From positions 3,456,001-3,520,000 of the forward strand of contig OY762428.1 of the NCBI GenBank assembly GCA_963665665.1: a stretch of 64,000 nt of DNA, given 5' to 3'. The notes below the pieces were generated by a model. That model was not told the origin of the DNA, made no database searches, and saw only the letters and a program-made list of their open reading frames with translations. Made by a program: the position numbers and the translations under genes. The stretch comes from Candidatus Kapaibacterium sp. (GTDB lineage Bacteria; Bacteroidota; Ignavibacteria; Kapaibacteriales; UBA2268). Numbering within the stretch: position 1 is the first letter of the stretch; every line of letters begins with the position of its first letter. Positions 10,733 through 21,339 of this stretch are shown piece by piece.

Positions 10733-10990
10733 GATGAATAAAATTGCAGCGCCTACTAATGTTAATTATTTGTAAGATTTCTAATGTTTTCGATCGTTAT
10801 CGTCCGCTTCATTTTTGGATTTTTGACATGATGCCATGCGCTGAATATCGGCATTTGCAAATTTGAAAATTAAACATGCAAACCATTGATAAAATCTTTT
10901 AAATTTGTATATTTATATATTACTGGGAATTGTGAATATCACTTTGGAAAAAAGGAATAAAATTTAATAAATCCAGGTTGGATATTTAAA

Positions 10991-11593
10991 ATGAAAGCTT
11001 CATATCTTTATATATTAGGCGCATTAGCGACAATTGCCGGGTATTATGCGTTTCAAAAGCAGCAGAAAAAGAACAGGAACAAAGAAAACAAAAAAGACTA
11101 TTCAAATATTGATTTCACAAAGGAATATTTCTTTGAGCCAAATTGGAAAAGAATAAAATTAGAATTGGTCGTAATTTTGATATTATGTATATCAATCTGC
11201 AATTATTATTTCCAAGATCCTGACTTTCAGAATATAGAAGAGCGGATTTTTTTTGGATCTTTTATATTTTCTGGTTTTTTGTTTATCTGGACGTTTATAT
11301 TCTTTATGTTCAATAAAAGGAAAGTTGTTATAAGTAAGAATCATTTATCGATATATTCCTTTTTTTCGACAAAACAGAAAAAAATTGATTGGGATGAAAT
11401 TGAATCTGCGAATGAATCTGCGAAATATCTTACACAGAATGACAAAATAAGAGTAGAAAAGAAAGCCCCCTCGAAATTTGACACAAATGTTGGCTTGATG
11501 CATTTCAAAAGTAATGATAAAAAAATGATAAAGGATTTAATTGATGCTAACCTGGAGAAAAGAGGTAAAAAAATTCAAGTAAGATATTGGTAG
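10991..11593 (+). CDS. Hypothetical membrane protein
   Basis: 200-aa ORF with three hydrophobic segments and a possible PH-like C-terminus (IDWDEI). Confidence 0.6.
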   Translation: MKASYLYILGALATIAGYYAFQKQQKKNRNKENKKDYSNIDFTKEYFFEPNWKRIKLELVVILILCISICNYYFQDPDFQNIEERIFFGSFIFSGFLFIWTFIFFMFNKRKVVISKNHLSIYSFFSTKQKKIDWDEIESANESAKYLTQNDKIRVEKKAPSKFDTNVGLMHFKSNDKKMIKDLIDANLEKRGKKIQVRYW

Positions 11594-11916
11594 AATATGA
11601 TTTTCAAAAAATAATTCTTTTGGTCTTCAGACTGCTTATAATTGAAGCCTTTTCTATCTAAACTATATCAAATAAACAACTTAAGCTATTGATAAAATCT
11701 TTTAAAAAATTGATATTGAGGTTTTGATGGAGAATATATACAGTTTTGCGCCGCAGAAATTATTTGATTAATTGATTGTTTGTATTGGAATATTGGTAAA
11801 TATATTTCAGATACATCGAATATCATCCGAAATTTTACAATTGGAGCTAAAATTTTTTTAAAAGTAGAACTGATTGATTATATTAAATGGAATAGTTAAA
11901 TAATCAGGATTTATAG

Positions 11917-12150
11917 AACAAATTACTACGCAGGGCTGTAGAAAGAGAAATTGAAATTATCGGCTAAGCTATAAGCAGGATATTGAAACTTGATTTAAAC
12001 ATTGAAATTGAGAATGCAAGACAGATTGTTGACACAAGAAATTGGGTGATCGATGGTTACGATAAAGTTGATGATATTGTTGTCAGGGGAATTATTTCAA
12101 TTCATTTGCCAAAGCTTAAAAAGGATATCGAAAGATTGTTGGTTGTGTAA
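11917..12150 (+). pseudogene. HepT/DUF86 (HEPN) toxin remnant
   Basis: Manual translation NKLLRRAVEREIEIIG*AISRILK...ARQIVDTRNWVIDGYDKVDD...HLPKLK. Contains an in-frame stop, RX4H changed to RX4D, and no intact 5' end. Confidence 0.8.
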
Positions 12151-12219
12151 AAATTATTTTCTTTGAATTTTTGATTTTCCTCTGTTTTTCTGTGGAAGCA
12201 TTTCACTTAAATATTTTTC

Positions 12220-14357
12220 AAAAAATTGTACATTTATAATTATTGAAATAAGAAAATATAAAAAACGTTCTACAAAATAGTCGGGACAATTTAAACGAGG
12301 ATACAATGCGTTACCTTGATCCAAAAAATGATTTAACTTTTAAAAAGGTTTTCGGGCAGAATCCTGATTTGTTGATTAGTTTTTTGAACGCGCTTATGCC
12401 TTTCGAAGAGAATCAATTTATTGAAAGCCTGGAATATCTGCCGCCAGAACTTGTTCCCGAAATACCGGGCCTGAAAAATTCGATTGTAGACGTCAGGTGC
12501 AGGGATAATTTCGGGAGACAGTTTATTATCGAAATGCAAATGCTCTGGACCGACAGCTTCAGGACAAGGGTGTTATTCAATGCATCCAAAGCTTATGTCA
12601 GCCAGTTGGAAAGGGGAAGTAAATTTGATTCGCTAACACCGGTTTATTCGCTAAACCTGGTAAATGACGAATACCTGCGGGACGATCCCGAATTCTACCA
12701 TCACTACCGAATTGTAAATATCCAAAATTCAGAAGACAGGATAGACGGTTTGGAGTTTATTTTCATTGAATTACCTAAATTCAGGCCCGAAACAATTACC
12801 GAAAAGCGTATGGCTGTGCTGTGGCTGCGCTTCCTGACGGAATTTGATAATGAAAACCCGGAAATAATTAATGCTCCTGAAACAGATGAAATCCGGAAAG
12901 CAATTGAAATACTTGAAGAATCCGGGTATTCAAGAAGGGAACTGGATGTATATGACAAATACTGGGACGCGGTTCGTGTGGAAAAGGCAATTAAATCCGA
13001 CTCTGAGAAAAAAGGACGGAAAGAAGGTAAAAAGGAAGGTAAGAAAGAAGGAATTGAAGAAACCATCGGCAAGGTAGTAATAAAAATGAATGATAAAGGA
13101 TATTCATTCGAAGAAATTTCAGAAGTAACAGGATTATCCCTGGAAAATATCAAAAGACTTATACACAAATAATTCACCTGAGAACATTGTACAAATAGAA
13201 TTTATACACCTGTTTTTTTTTGAGTATTTTATTTTTAGAATTGTGAACTTAGAGGATGAAAAAATGAAAATCAAAATTAAGGACAAATTCCAAAGAGCAA
13301 TTGAGGTTTAAATAATATTGACTTAGAATATCAGCCTGATAACTTACATGGATTTTATTTAATTGATTACATAGAAGGATCAGGAAGCGGATGGCAGTTC
13401 TATGATTAGATCATATTTTCAATTGAAGTATGAATAATTCTGAAATTACTTCTTAAAAAATTGTACATTTATAATTATTGAAATAAGAAAATATAAAAAA
13501 CGTTCTACAAAATAGTCGGGACAATTTAAACGAGGATACAATGCGTTACCTTGATCCAAAAAATGATTTAACTTTTAAAAAGGTTTTCGGGCAGAATCCT
13601 GATTTGTTGATTAGTTTTTTGAATGCGCTTATGCCTTTCGAAGAGAATCAATTTATTGAAAGCCTGGAATATCTGCCGCCAGAACTTGTTCCCGAAATAC
13701 CGGGCCTGAAAAATTCGATTGTTGATGTCAGATGCAGGGATAATTTCGGAAGACAGTTTATTATCGAAATGCAAATGCTCTGGACCGACAGTTTCAGGAC
13801 AAGGGTGTTATTCAATGCATCAAAAGCTTATGTCAGCCAGTTGGAAAGGGGAAGTAAATTCGATTCGTTAACACCGGTTTATTCGCTAAACCTGGTAAAT
13901 GACGAATACCTGCGGGACGATCCCGAATTCTACCATCACTACCGAATTGTAAATATCCAAAATTCAGAAGACAGGATAGACGGTTTGGAGTTTATTTTCA
14001 TTGAATTACCTAAATTCAGGCCCGAAACAATTACCGAAAAGCGTATGGCCGTACTGTGGCTGCGTTTCCTGACGGAATTTGATAATGAAAACCCGGAAAT
14101 AATTAACGCTCCTGAAACAGATGAAATCCGGAAAGCAATTGAAATTCTTGAAGAATCCGGGTATTCAAGAAGCGAACTGGATGTTTATGACAAATACTGG
14201 GACGCAGTTCGTGTGGAAAAGGCAATTAAATCCGACTCTGAGAAAAAAGGACGGAAAGAAGGAATTGAAGAAACCATCGGCAAGGTAGTAATAAAAATGA
14301 ATGATAAAGGATATTCATTCGAAGAAATTTCAGAAGTAACAGGATTATCCCTGGAAA
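12220..14357 (+). repeat. Direct duplication of the Rpn gene plus ~86 bp upstream (12220-13146 vs 13455-14357)
   Basis: Identical leader aaaaaattgtacattt...gaggatacaatg; homology ends at ggattatccctggaaa. Confidence 0.92.
12306..13172 (+). CDS. Rpn-family PD-(D/E)XK nuclease/putative transposase, copy 1
   Basis: LDPKNDLTFKKVFG, DV...IEMQ, FIELPKF, (K/R)KEG repeats and a C-terminal HTH. Confidence 0.9.
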   Translation: MRYLDPKNDLTFKKVFGQNPDLLISFLNALMPFEENQFIESLEYLPPELVPEIPGLKNSIVDVRCRDNFGRQFIIEMQMLWTDSFRTRVLFNASKAYVSQLERGSKFDSLTPVYSLNLVNDEYLRDDPEFYHHYRIVNIQNSEDRIDGLEFIFIELPKFRPETITEKRMAVLWLRFLTEFDNENPEIINAPETDEIRKAIEILEESGYSRRELDVYDKYWDAVRVEKAIKSDSEKKGRKEGKKEGKKEGIEETIGKVVIKMNDKGYSFEEISEVTGLSLENIKRLIHK

Positions 14358-14383
14358 GTATCCGGAACCTGTTACAGAAGTAA
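13541..14383 (+). CDS. Rpn-family PD-(D/E)XK nuclease/putative transposase, copy 2
   Basis: Near-identical to copy 1 but with two fewer KKEG units and a different last ~8 aa. Confidence 0.9.
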   Translation: MRYLDPKNDLTFKKVFGQNPDLLISFLNALMPFEENQFIESLEYLPPELVPEIPGLKNSIVDVRCRDNFGRQFIIEMQMLWTDSFRTRVLFNASKAYVSQLERGSKFDSLTPVYSLNLVNDEYLRDDPEFYHHYRIVNIQNSEDRIDGLEFIFIELPKFRPETITEKRMAVLWLRFLTEFDNENPEIINAPETDEIRKAIEILEESGYSRSELDVYDKYWDAVRVEKAIKSDSEKKGRKEGIEETIGKVVIKMNDKGYSFEEISEVTGLSLESIRNLLQK

Positions 14384-14486
14384 ATCACATATCCATTCAG
14401 AAATAGTATTTTTCAGATTGATCGTATTTTTTCTTATTTTCTGATTGTGATTAAAAGCATTTTAAATAAGCATATCGGATTTTACT

Positions 14487-15023
14487 ATGAGACTGTTTGT
14501 CGGAACTTTTATCGACCCTGAAATATTCGAATACCAATACGAAGAACTGATCGACGACTTTTCCGGAATAACAAACGGGAAATGGGTGGAAAAAGAGAAT
14601 ATTCACTTTACATGGAAGTTTATTGGCGACTATGACGACAACAGGCTGAATGAAGTAAAAAACGCACTTAAACCCCACTGTGTAAGCCACGAGCTCCCGA
14701 TTGTGTTGAAGGGCATTAAGGTGATGCCAAATATTAAACGACCCAGAGTACTGTATGTTCCATTTTATTCCACCGGAGCATCCATAATAAAGATTCATGC
14801 CGGCATCGAAAATGCCCTGCTCCCACTGGGAATTGAAAAGGAAAAGCGGCCATTCAAACAGCATATCACTTTGCAAAGGCCAAAGGCACTTGATATTGCA
14901 AAATTTAAAGATATTAATACAAAATACAATGACTTCGAATTTGGCCAAATGCAGTCCTTCAGGGTTAATCTTATCCAAAGCGTTCTGACAAAATCAGGTC
15001 CGGTTTATAAAAAATTACTTTGA
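14487..15023 (+). CDS. thpR: RNA 2',3'-cyclic phosphodiesterase (2H family)
   Basis: MRLFVG start, two HxT motifs (HFT, HIT), C-terminal SVLTKSGPVY. Confidence 0.9.
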   Translation: MRLFVGTFIDPEIFEYQYEELIDDFSGITNGKWVEKENIHFTWKFIGDYDDNRLNEVKNALKPHCVSHELPIVLKGIKVMPNIKRPRVLYVPFYSTGASIIKIHAGIENALLPLGIEKEKRPFKQHITLQRPKALDIAKFKDINTKYNDFEFGQMQSFRVNLIQSVLTKSGPVYKKLL

Positions 15024-15420
15024 TATCAATATTCATTCGATGATTTTGAGCTATGATATTTTTTTGACAGGAAATGATTGTGGAGTTTTTTAAATATGTT
15101 TTTCTATTGCCGGTCATTTTCGCTTCATCCTTTTTTAATTTAGCGAATTCCATTTTTTAGATGTTCAATTATAATTGTAAATATCCTTGTTTACAGGTAT
15201 TTTTATCAGTAGAATTCTGGCTTTGCAGACTAAAATTTTGAAATGGATTTTTCGGCAACTTACTTCATAGTAGTAGTAGAATCTGATATTATTCTTAATT
15301 TTCGTAGATAAAATTCATTTGTCCATAGAATTTATATTTGATTTGATTGATAATAATTTTCATTTAATCATTATAGAATTATTTTAGTTGTCAAATATTA
15401 TTTTTCATTTGGAGACAGAT

Positions 15421-18400
15421 ATGAGAAACAGAATATTCAAAAAAGTTTTACTACTTATTCTTCTTGGCCTTTCGACGAATGTGGCTATTGCACAGACAAT
15501 AACATCGGTTAATCCAAATTCGGCATTCCAGGGAGAAACAGAACTGTCTGTAGAAATAATTCTAAGCCCGGATGGTATAGAGATGCCTCCGCCGGATGCT
15601 CCTGTTTCAAGTGTGATGATAGGAGAAATAGAAGCCAAATCATCTGAACGGAATGATACAGTTGTAACTGCCGTTTTTGAAATAGCTCCGGATGAAGAAC
15701 CGGGCTTAAAAGATGTAGAAGTTACGTTTGTTCCACCCCCGGATATGGGAGAACCATTAATCTTTTCACTGAAAAATGGCTTTACAATAAACGAACTGAC
15801 AGAAACAGCTCCGGTTATTACAACTCAGCCAAAGTCCCAGTCTGTAAGAATTGGAAATTCAATAACATTATTTGTCAAAGCATACGGTTCAACTCCGATG
15901 CAATATCAATGGAACAAAGATGGGGTTGATATTGCCGGTGCAACAGAATCAGGCTATACAATTGAGACCTTCAAAGAAAGTGATGCAGGAAGTTTCATCT
16001 GTAATGTAACTAATGACTTTGGTTCTGCGACTTCAGAAGAAGCAATATTGACAGTTAACCAGGCAAGTTATATTGGTAATTATCCAATCGTTGATACAGA
16101 TCAAACAACATTTTATAATAATTTTACAGTTATTTCTACTCCTTCAACGGGTGAGGATTTTTACGGACAGGATGCCCAATATCAAGGCAATCAGCCATCA
16201 TATACGGATAATGAGGACGGGACTGTAACCGACAATGTTACCGGGCTGATGTGGCAGCAGTCTTTTGACCATAATAATGACGGTGTAGTAAATTATGATG
16301 ACAAAATGAGCTACGATGAAATTTTATCAATGGTTAACGAGGGTGTTAGCTTTGCTGGCTATGATGATTGGCGTTTGCCAACAATTAAAGAACAATATTC
16401 TTTGATTATGTTCAGCGGCAAAGATATTAGCGGATATGAAGGCACGGACACAGATGACTTAACTCCGTTTATTAAAAAAGATGTTTTTGAATATGCCTAC
16501 GGAGATACTGAAGCAGGCGAAAGATTAATTGATGTTCAATGTGCAACAACAAATGAATATGTTGATAATTCTGATATGGTTTTCGGAGTAAATTTTGCTG
16601 ACGGGCGCATAAAGGGTTATGGAAAAACTATGATGGGACAGGCAAAAGCTTTTAACTATCTATTAGTCAGAGCTAATACGGAATATGGTGTCAACAACTT
16701 CAGGGACAACGGGGATGGAACCATAACAGATCAGGCTACCGGCTTGATGTGGATGCAGGACGATAACGGAGAAGCTGTTCTTTGGAAGGAAGCATTAAGT
16801 TATGCTGAAGGAATGGAGTTTGCCGGCCATGATGATTGGCGTTTGCCAAATGCTAAAGAATTACAAAGTATTCTGGACTATACCCGTTCTCCCGGAACAA
16901 CAAATTCAGCAGCAATCGATCCATTGTTTAACTGCACCGGAATTACAAATGAAGCCGGTGAAGCGGATTTTCCCTGGTACTGGAGCGGAACAACACATGC
17001 AAACTGGACGGAAGGACATGACGGCGGTTGGGGTGCTTATGTCTGTTTTGGCCGTGCTTTGGGAAATATGGAAGGCTGGCAGGATGTTCATGGCGCCGGC
17101 GCACAAAGAAGCGACCCAAAAGACGGCGATCCGGCAGAATACTCGGAAGGGCATGGCCCGCAGGGCGATGGAGTGAGAATTTACAACTTTGTACGATTGG
17201 TCAGAAACCTGAGTTCCTCATCGGGTACCGACAATTTCGAGTTAAATGAAACAGGACAGGACAAATGCTACGATACAGATGGTAATCAGATTGATCCTCC
17301 GAATGAAGGAGAGTCTTTGTTCGGCCAGGATGCTCAATTCGGGGAAAGCTTGTTTTCTTTCCGGGACAATGCTGACGGTACGATAACAGATAATAACACA
17401 GGCCTGATGTGGCAACAAATACCATCTGACCAGGATTTTTCCTGGCAGGAAGCTGTTGATTATTGCGAAAATCTTGAGCTGGCGGAATATGATGACTGGC
17501 GTATGCCAAGTGCCAAAGAATTATTCTCGATAAGTGATTTTGAAAGCGGTTGGCCATATTTAGATACCGAATATTTTATTCTTGCAAGTGGGCAGGTTAG
17601 CAAAGATGAGCAATATTGGACCAGTAATTATTACATAGGCAGGACTGTTGAAGGCGGCTACAACTCGGCTTTTGGTGTAAACCACGTAACCGGCCATATA
17701 AAAGCCTATTCTGCCAATGCACAGGGGCCGGTAGGAGGAAAATACGTGAGAGCTGTACGGGGAAATAGTTATGGGGAGAACGATTTTGTGGATAATGGAG
17801 ATAATACTGTTACAGATAAAGCCACTGGTCTTATGTGGGCAAAAAATGATGATGAGATTACCCTCGATTGGCCTGGTGCATTACTCTATGCAAAGAATTC
17901 GGAGTTAGCCGGCCATAGCGACTGGCGTCTGCCCAACGTAAAAGAACTCCAGAGCATTGTTGATTATTCACGTTCTCCCAGCGCTGAGGATACTGAAAAT
18001 ATTGGACCGGCAATAGACCCGATATTCAATTGTACACCAATTGTGAACGAAGCAGGAAATGATGATTATGGTTACTACTGGACATCAACATCTGCTAACT
18101 TCACCAGAGGGGAACCATATTATTATGCCTGGTATGTAGCTTTCGGAATGGCCGTTAATGGTGAAGGCGAAGATTTTCATGGTGCAGGCGGGGTTCGATT
18201 TGATACTAAAGTTGAGGGTGGCCCTTTGGGGGAAGGCGGAGAACGATACTATAACATGGTTAGGCTGGTAAGAGATATGAACGGAACAACAGGATTGATT
18301 GAGAATACGAACATCAGAGATCGGAAAAATAGCATGATAGAAAATTATCCCAACCCAGTGATGCAATCAACGAACATTTCGTTTAACCTGACTGAATCAG

Positions 18401-18588
18401 GTTTGGTTAAGATAATAATTATGAACAGTTTTGGAAATACAGTAGCAACGATAATTAATACTCAATTATCCGAAGGCATATATCAATACAAATGGGTTCC
18501 TGAAGAAATTATTCCGGGATCTTATCATTACATTTTAACTGTATCCGGAAAATATTTAGCCTCCGGAAAGATGGTTCTTATTCACTAA
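15421..18588 (+). CDS. Secreted Ig-domain + 4x DUF1566 (Lcl C-terminal-like) protein with T9SS CTD
   Basis: Signal peptide; Ig domain (YQWNKDG...C.V.N); four DNxDxTxTDxxTGLMW...DWRLP units; NYPNP CTD. Confidence 0.85.
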   Translation: MRNRIFKKVLLLILLGLSTNVAIAQTITSVNPNSAFQGETELSVEIILSPDGIEMPPPDAPVSSVMIGEIEAKSSERNDTVVTAVFEIAPDEEPGLKDVEVTFVPPPDMGEPLIFSLKNGFTINELTETAPVITTQPKSQSVRIGNSITLFVKAYGSTPMQYQWNKDGVDIAGATESGYTIETFKESDAGSFICNVTNDFGSATSEEAILTVNQASYIGNYPIVDTDQTTFYNNFTVISTPSTGEDFYGQDAQYQGNQPSYTDNEDGTVTDNVTGLMWQQSFDHNNDGVVNYDDKMSYDEILSMVNEGVSFAGYDDWRLPTIKEQYSLIMFSGKDISGYEGTDTDDLTPFIKKDVFEYAYGDTEAGERLIDVQCATTNEYVDNSDMVFGVNFADGRIKGYGKTMMGQAKAFNYLLVRANTEYGVNNFRDNGDGTITDQATGLMWMQDDNGEAVLWKEALSYAEGMEFAGHDDWRLPNAKELQSILDYTRSPGTTNSAAIDPLFNCTGITNEAGEADFPWYWSGTTHANWTEGHDGGWGAYVCFGRALGNMEGWQDVHGAGAQRSDPKDGDPAEYSEGHGPQGDGVRIYNFVRLVRNLSSSSGTDNFELNETGQDKCYDTDGNQIDPPNEGESLFGQDAQFGESLFSFRDNADGTITDNNTGLMWQQIPSDQDFSWQEAVDYCENLELAEYDDWRMPSAKELFSISDFESGWPYLDTEYFILASGQVSKDEQYWTSNYYIGRTVEGGYNSAFGVNHVTGHIKAYSANAQGPVGGKYVRAVRGNSYGENDFVDNGDNTVTDKATGLMWAKNDDEITLDWPGALLYAKNSELAGHSDWRLPNVKELQSIVDYSRSPSAEDTENIGPAIDPIFNCTPIVNEAGNDDYGYYWTSTSANFTRGEPYYYAWYVAFGMAVNGEGEDFHGAGGVRFDTKVEGGPLGEGGERYYNMVRLVRDMNGTTGLIENTNIRDRKNSMIENYPNPVMQSTNISFNLTESGLVKIIIMNSFGNTVATIINTQLSEGIYQYKWVPEEIIPGSYHYILTVSGKYLASGKMVLIH

Positions 18589-18712
18589 GAGAATTCTATC
18601 TGGATATAAACTGTTTTTTTAATCATTAAGATTTAAATAAAATAGTTTATATCCTGAATAGTTTTTTGAAACTATAAATTTCTTTATTTTGTAATGTAGA
18701 AAAGAAATAAGA

Positions 18713-19798
18713 ATGCAGAGACAAAATATTAAATTGGTAGAAAAAATATTATTGCTATTTGTGTGGATTCTTCTTTTATCTGCCCCAATGCTATTTACGG
18801 AATGGGATCTTTCAAATTGGAGAAGTTTTTTCCCTCCTTTGGCAATAATAATTTCACTTTTCATAGTGTTTATCATTAACCGTTTTGTATTAGTACCCGG
18901 GGCTCTGTTAAAAAAGAAATATATTCAATATATTTCTTATGTAACATTGACAATCACATTCTTCACTTTTTGCATTTTTTTTATTGAAAATAGTGATACC
19001 GATAAATCTCAGAGAATTAGACCGGATAACAATTTTAGATTGGAAAATCAATATTTTCAATCAAAGCACTCAATTTCAAATGAAAAGGAATTATCAGGTC
19101 CTAAGCATCTTCCTGAGTATGCCAATTTTCTGATTTTTGCGATATTATTAGTAGGATTCGATTCGGGGCTGAGACTTTCTTTTAAATTGATTGAATCTGA
19201 GAAAGAAAAATCGAGACTTGAAAAAGAAAATCTTGCCGCACAACTTGCTTTTCTAAAAAATCAGATCAGCCCGCATTTTTTTATGAACACATTGAATAAT
19301 ATTCATGCTCTTATTGATTTTGATACTGAAAAAGCAAAGGAGTCAACAATACGTCTTTCAAAATTAATGCGGCATCTGTTATATGAAGCAGAAAATCCAT
19401 CGATACCTATTGCTAAAGAAATTGAATTTGTAAGGAATTATGTTGATTTAATGAGATTGCGTTACAATGAAAAAGTAACGATCAGTTTGAATTTACCTGA
19501 ATACATACCTGAAAAATTCATACCTCCATTACTTTTTACTTCTTATCTGGAAAATGCTTTCAAGCATGGCATAAGTTATCAAAAAAATTCTGAGATATTT
19601 ATTTCGTTTGATTTTAATAATGATGTTATTACTTTTATAATAGAAAATACTAATAATAAAGAGTTAGATAATAATAGAAGTGGAATAGGAATAGAAAATT
19701 CAAAAAAGCGGCTTGAACTGTTATATGGCGATAAATATGAATTAAAAATTGATAGTATCAATGAAAAGTATATTGTAAATCTAATTATTCCATTATGA
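18713..19798 (+). CDS. LytS/YehU-family sensor histidine kinase
   Basis: LKNQISPHFFMNTLNNI, ENAFKHG and GIGIEN motifs. Confidence 0.93.
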   Translation: MQRQNIKLVEKILLLFVWILLLSAPMLFTEWDLSNWRSFFPPLAIIISLFIVFIINRFVLVPGALLKKKYIQYISYVTLTITFFTFCIFFIENSDTDKSQRIRPDNNFRLENQYFQSKHSISNEKELSGPKHLPEYANFLIFAILLVGFDSGLRLSFKLIESEKEKSRLEKENLAAQLAFLKNQISPHFFMNTLNNIHALIDFDTEKAKESTIRLSKLMRHLLYEAENPSIPIAKEIEFVRNYVDLMRLRYNEKVTISLNLPEYIPEKFIPPLLFTSYLENAFKHGISYQKNSEIFISFDFNNDVITFIIENTNNKELDNNRSGIGIENSKKRLELLYGDKYELKIDSINEKYIVNLIIPL

Positions 19799-20511
19799 TA
19801 AATTGTATAGCAATTGATGATGAGCCTTTAGCTTTAAGGCAAATGGTATCGTATATAAATAAAACGCCATTTTTAAATTTAATTGGCGAATTCGATAGTG
19901 CTTTGGCAGCCCTTGATTTTATCAAAAATAATGATCTGTGCTTAATGTTTCTGGACATAAATATGCCGGATATGAACGGAATAGATTTTGTCAGAACATT
20001 GAAAATAGCTCCAAAAGTTATTTTTACAACAGCATATAGCGAGTACGCTGTGGATGGATTTAAAGTAGATGCAATAGACTATTTGCTGAAACCAATTAGC
20101 TATGCCGATTTCCTGAAAGCTGCTGAAAAAGCCCGGGAAAGGATTCATGGAATTAACTCAGAGTCAAATTTATTAAAAAGTAACGATCAGTACTTGTTTA
20201 TCAAATCGGATTACAAAATATTCCGGATAAATTTGGCTGAAATAAAATATATTGAAGCTCAAAGGGAATATCTTAATATTTACATCGAAAATCAGAAACC
20301 TGTCTTAACTTTGATGAGTATGAAAAAAATGGAAAAGTTTTTACCAAGTGAACAATTTATGAGAATCCACAGGTCATATATTGTTAATTTGGATAAGATT
20401 AATGTAATCGAGCGATTTAGAATAATTTTTGATGACTCGGTATATATCCCTGTGGGAGAAAAATATAAAGCAGAGTTTCAAAAGTTTTTAGATGATAATT
20501 TCCTTTTATAA
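19795..20511 (+). CDS. LytTR response regulator
   Basis: IDDEP, FLDINMP, DYLLKP and FMRIHRSYIVN motifs; 4-bp overlap with the kinase. Confidence 0.95.
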   Translation: MINCIAIDDEPLALRQMVSYINKTPFLNLIGEFDSALAALDFIKNNDLCLMFLDINMPDMNGIDFVRTLKIAPKVIFTTAYSEYAVDGFKVDAIDYLLKPISYADFLKAAEKARERIHGINSESNLLKSNDQYLFIKSDYKIFRINLAEIKYIEAQREYLNIYIENQKPVLTLMSMKKMEKFLPSEQFMRIHRSYIVNLDKINVIERFRIIFDDSVYIPVGEKYKAEFQKFLDDNFLL

Positions 20512-20637
20512 ATAATTTTAGAGTTTTTCGGTAAGTTTAATTTCTGTAATTACCATATACTGTCCAATATTAATCTTTTCTATAACATTAATCCCTTTTT
20601 TACGTATTTTAAGAAAATTCTATAATTTGGGGATATA

Positions 20638-21339
20638 ATGCTATCAGTTAATAATCTTTCGAAAATATATAAAAGGCAAAGCAACCAGCTAAAGGCGCTA
20701 AATAATATTTCGTTTGAAGTTGAAAAAGGAGAATTTATTTCGGTTGTCGGGCGTTCTGGGTCCGGGAAATCCACACTGCTGAACCTGATTGGAGGGCTTG
20801 ATACACCTACTAACGGGGAAATACTCTTTAACGGGAAAAACCTGCACAGTATGAACAGGAAGGACAGGGAACTTCACAGACGTTTCTCTATTGGTATGAT
20901 ATTTCAATCATTTAACCTGATTCCTTATAGATCGGCCCTGGACAATGTAGCGTTGTCAATGATATTTGCCGGTTATAGCAAAAAGAAACGTCGGGAAAGG
21001 GCGGAAGAACTTCTTGATATAGTGGGTTTGTCACAAAGAGCCGGCCATAAGCCGTCCGAGATGTCCGGTGGGGAAAACCAGAGGGTTGCAATTGCAAGAG
21101 CCCTTGCTAATAAGCCCATGATGCTGCTGGCCGATGAACCAACCGGCAACCTTGACAGCCAGACCTCTGATAAAATATCTTCTTTACTGACTGACCTTAA
21201 TAAAAACCAGGGAATAACGATATTGATGATAACACATGAAAATGAGATTGCAGAAGCAGTATCTGACAGAATAATTACTCTTCTCGACGGAAAAATTCAG
21301 GATATAAGAAACATGGAGGCTGGCAATGAAGTTCTATGA
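20638..21339 (+). CDS. ABC transporter ATP-binding protein (MacB/LolD-like)
   Basis: GRSGSGKST, MSGGENQRVAIARAL and LADEPTGNLD motifs. Confidence 0.95.
   Translation: MLSVNNLSKIYKRQSNQLKALNNISFEVEKGEFISVVGRSGSGKSTLLNLIGGLDTPTNGEILFNGKNLHSMNRKDRELHRRFSIGMIFQSFNLIPYRSALDNVALSMIFAGYSKKKRRERAEELLDIVGLSQRAGHKPSEMSGGENQRVAIARALANKPMMLLADEPTGNLDSQTSDKISSLLTDLNKNQGITILMITHENEIAEAVSDRIITLLDGKIQDIRNMEAGNEVL

Noticed and set aside
9600-10880. Integron cassette (attC) around the SAS gene
   Set aside because: Only weak inverted repeats; no convincing RYYYAAC...GTTRRRY pair and no integrase.
13257-13410. Gene between the Rpn copies
   Set aside because: Only short stop-interrupted frames with no recognisable motif.
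15421-18588. Diversity-generating retroelement target (DUF1566)
   Set aside because: No reverse transcriptase and no template/variable repeat pair differing only at adenines in the window.
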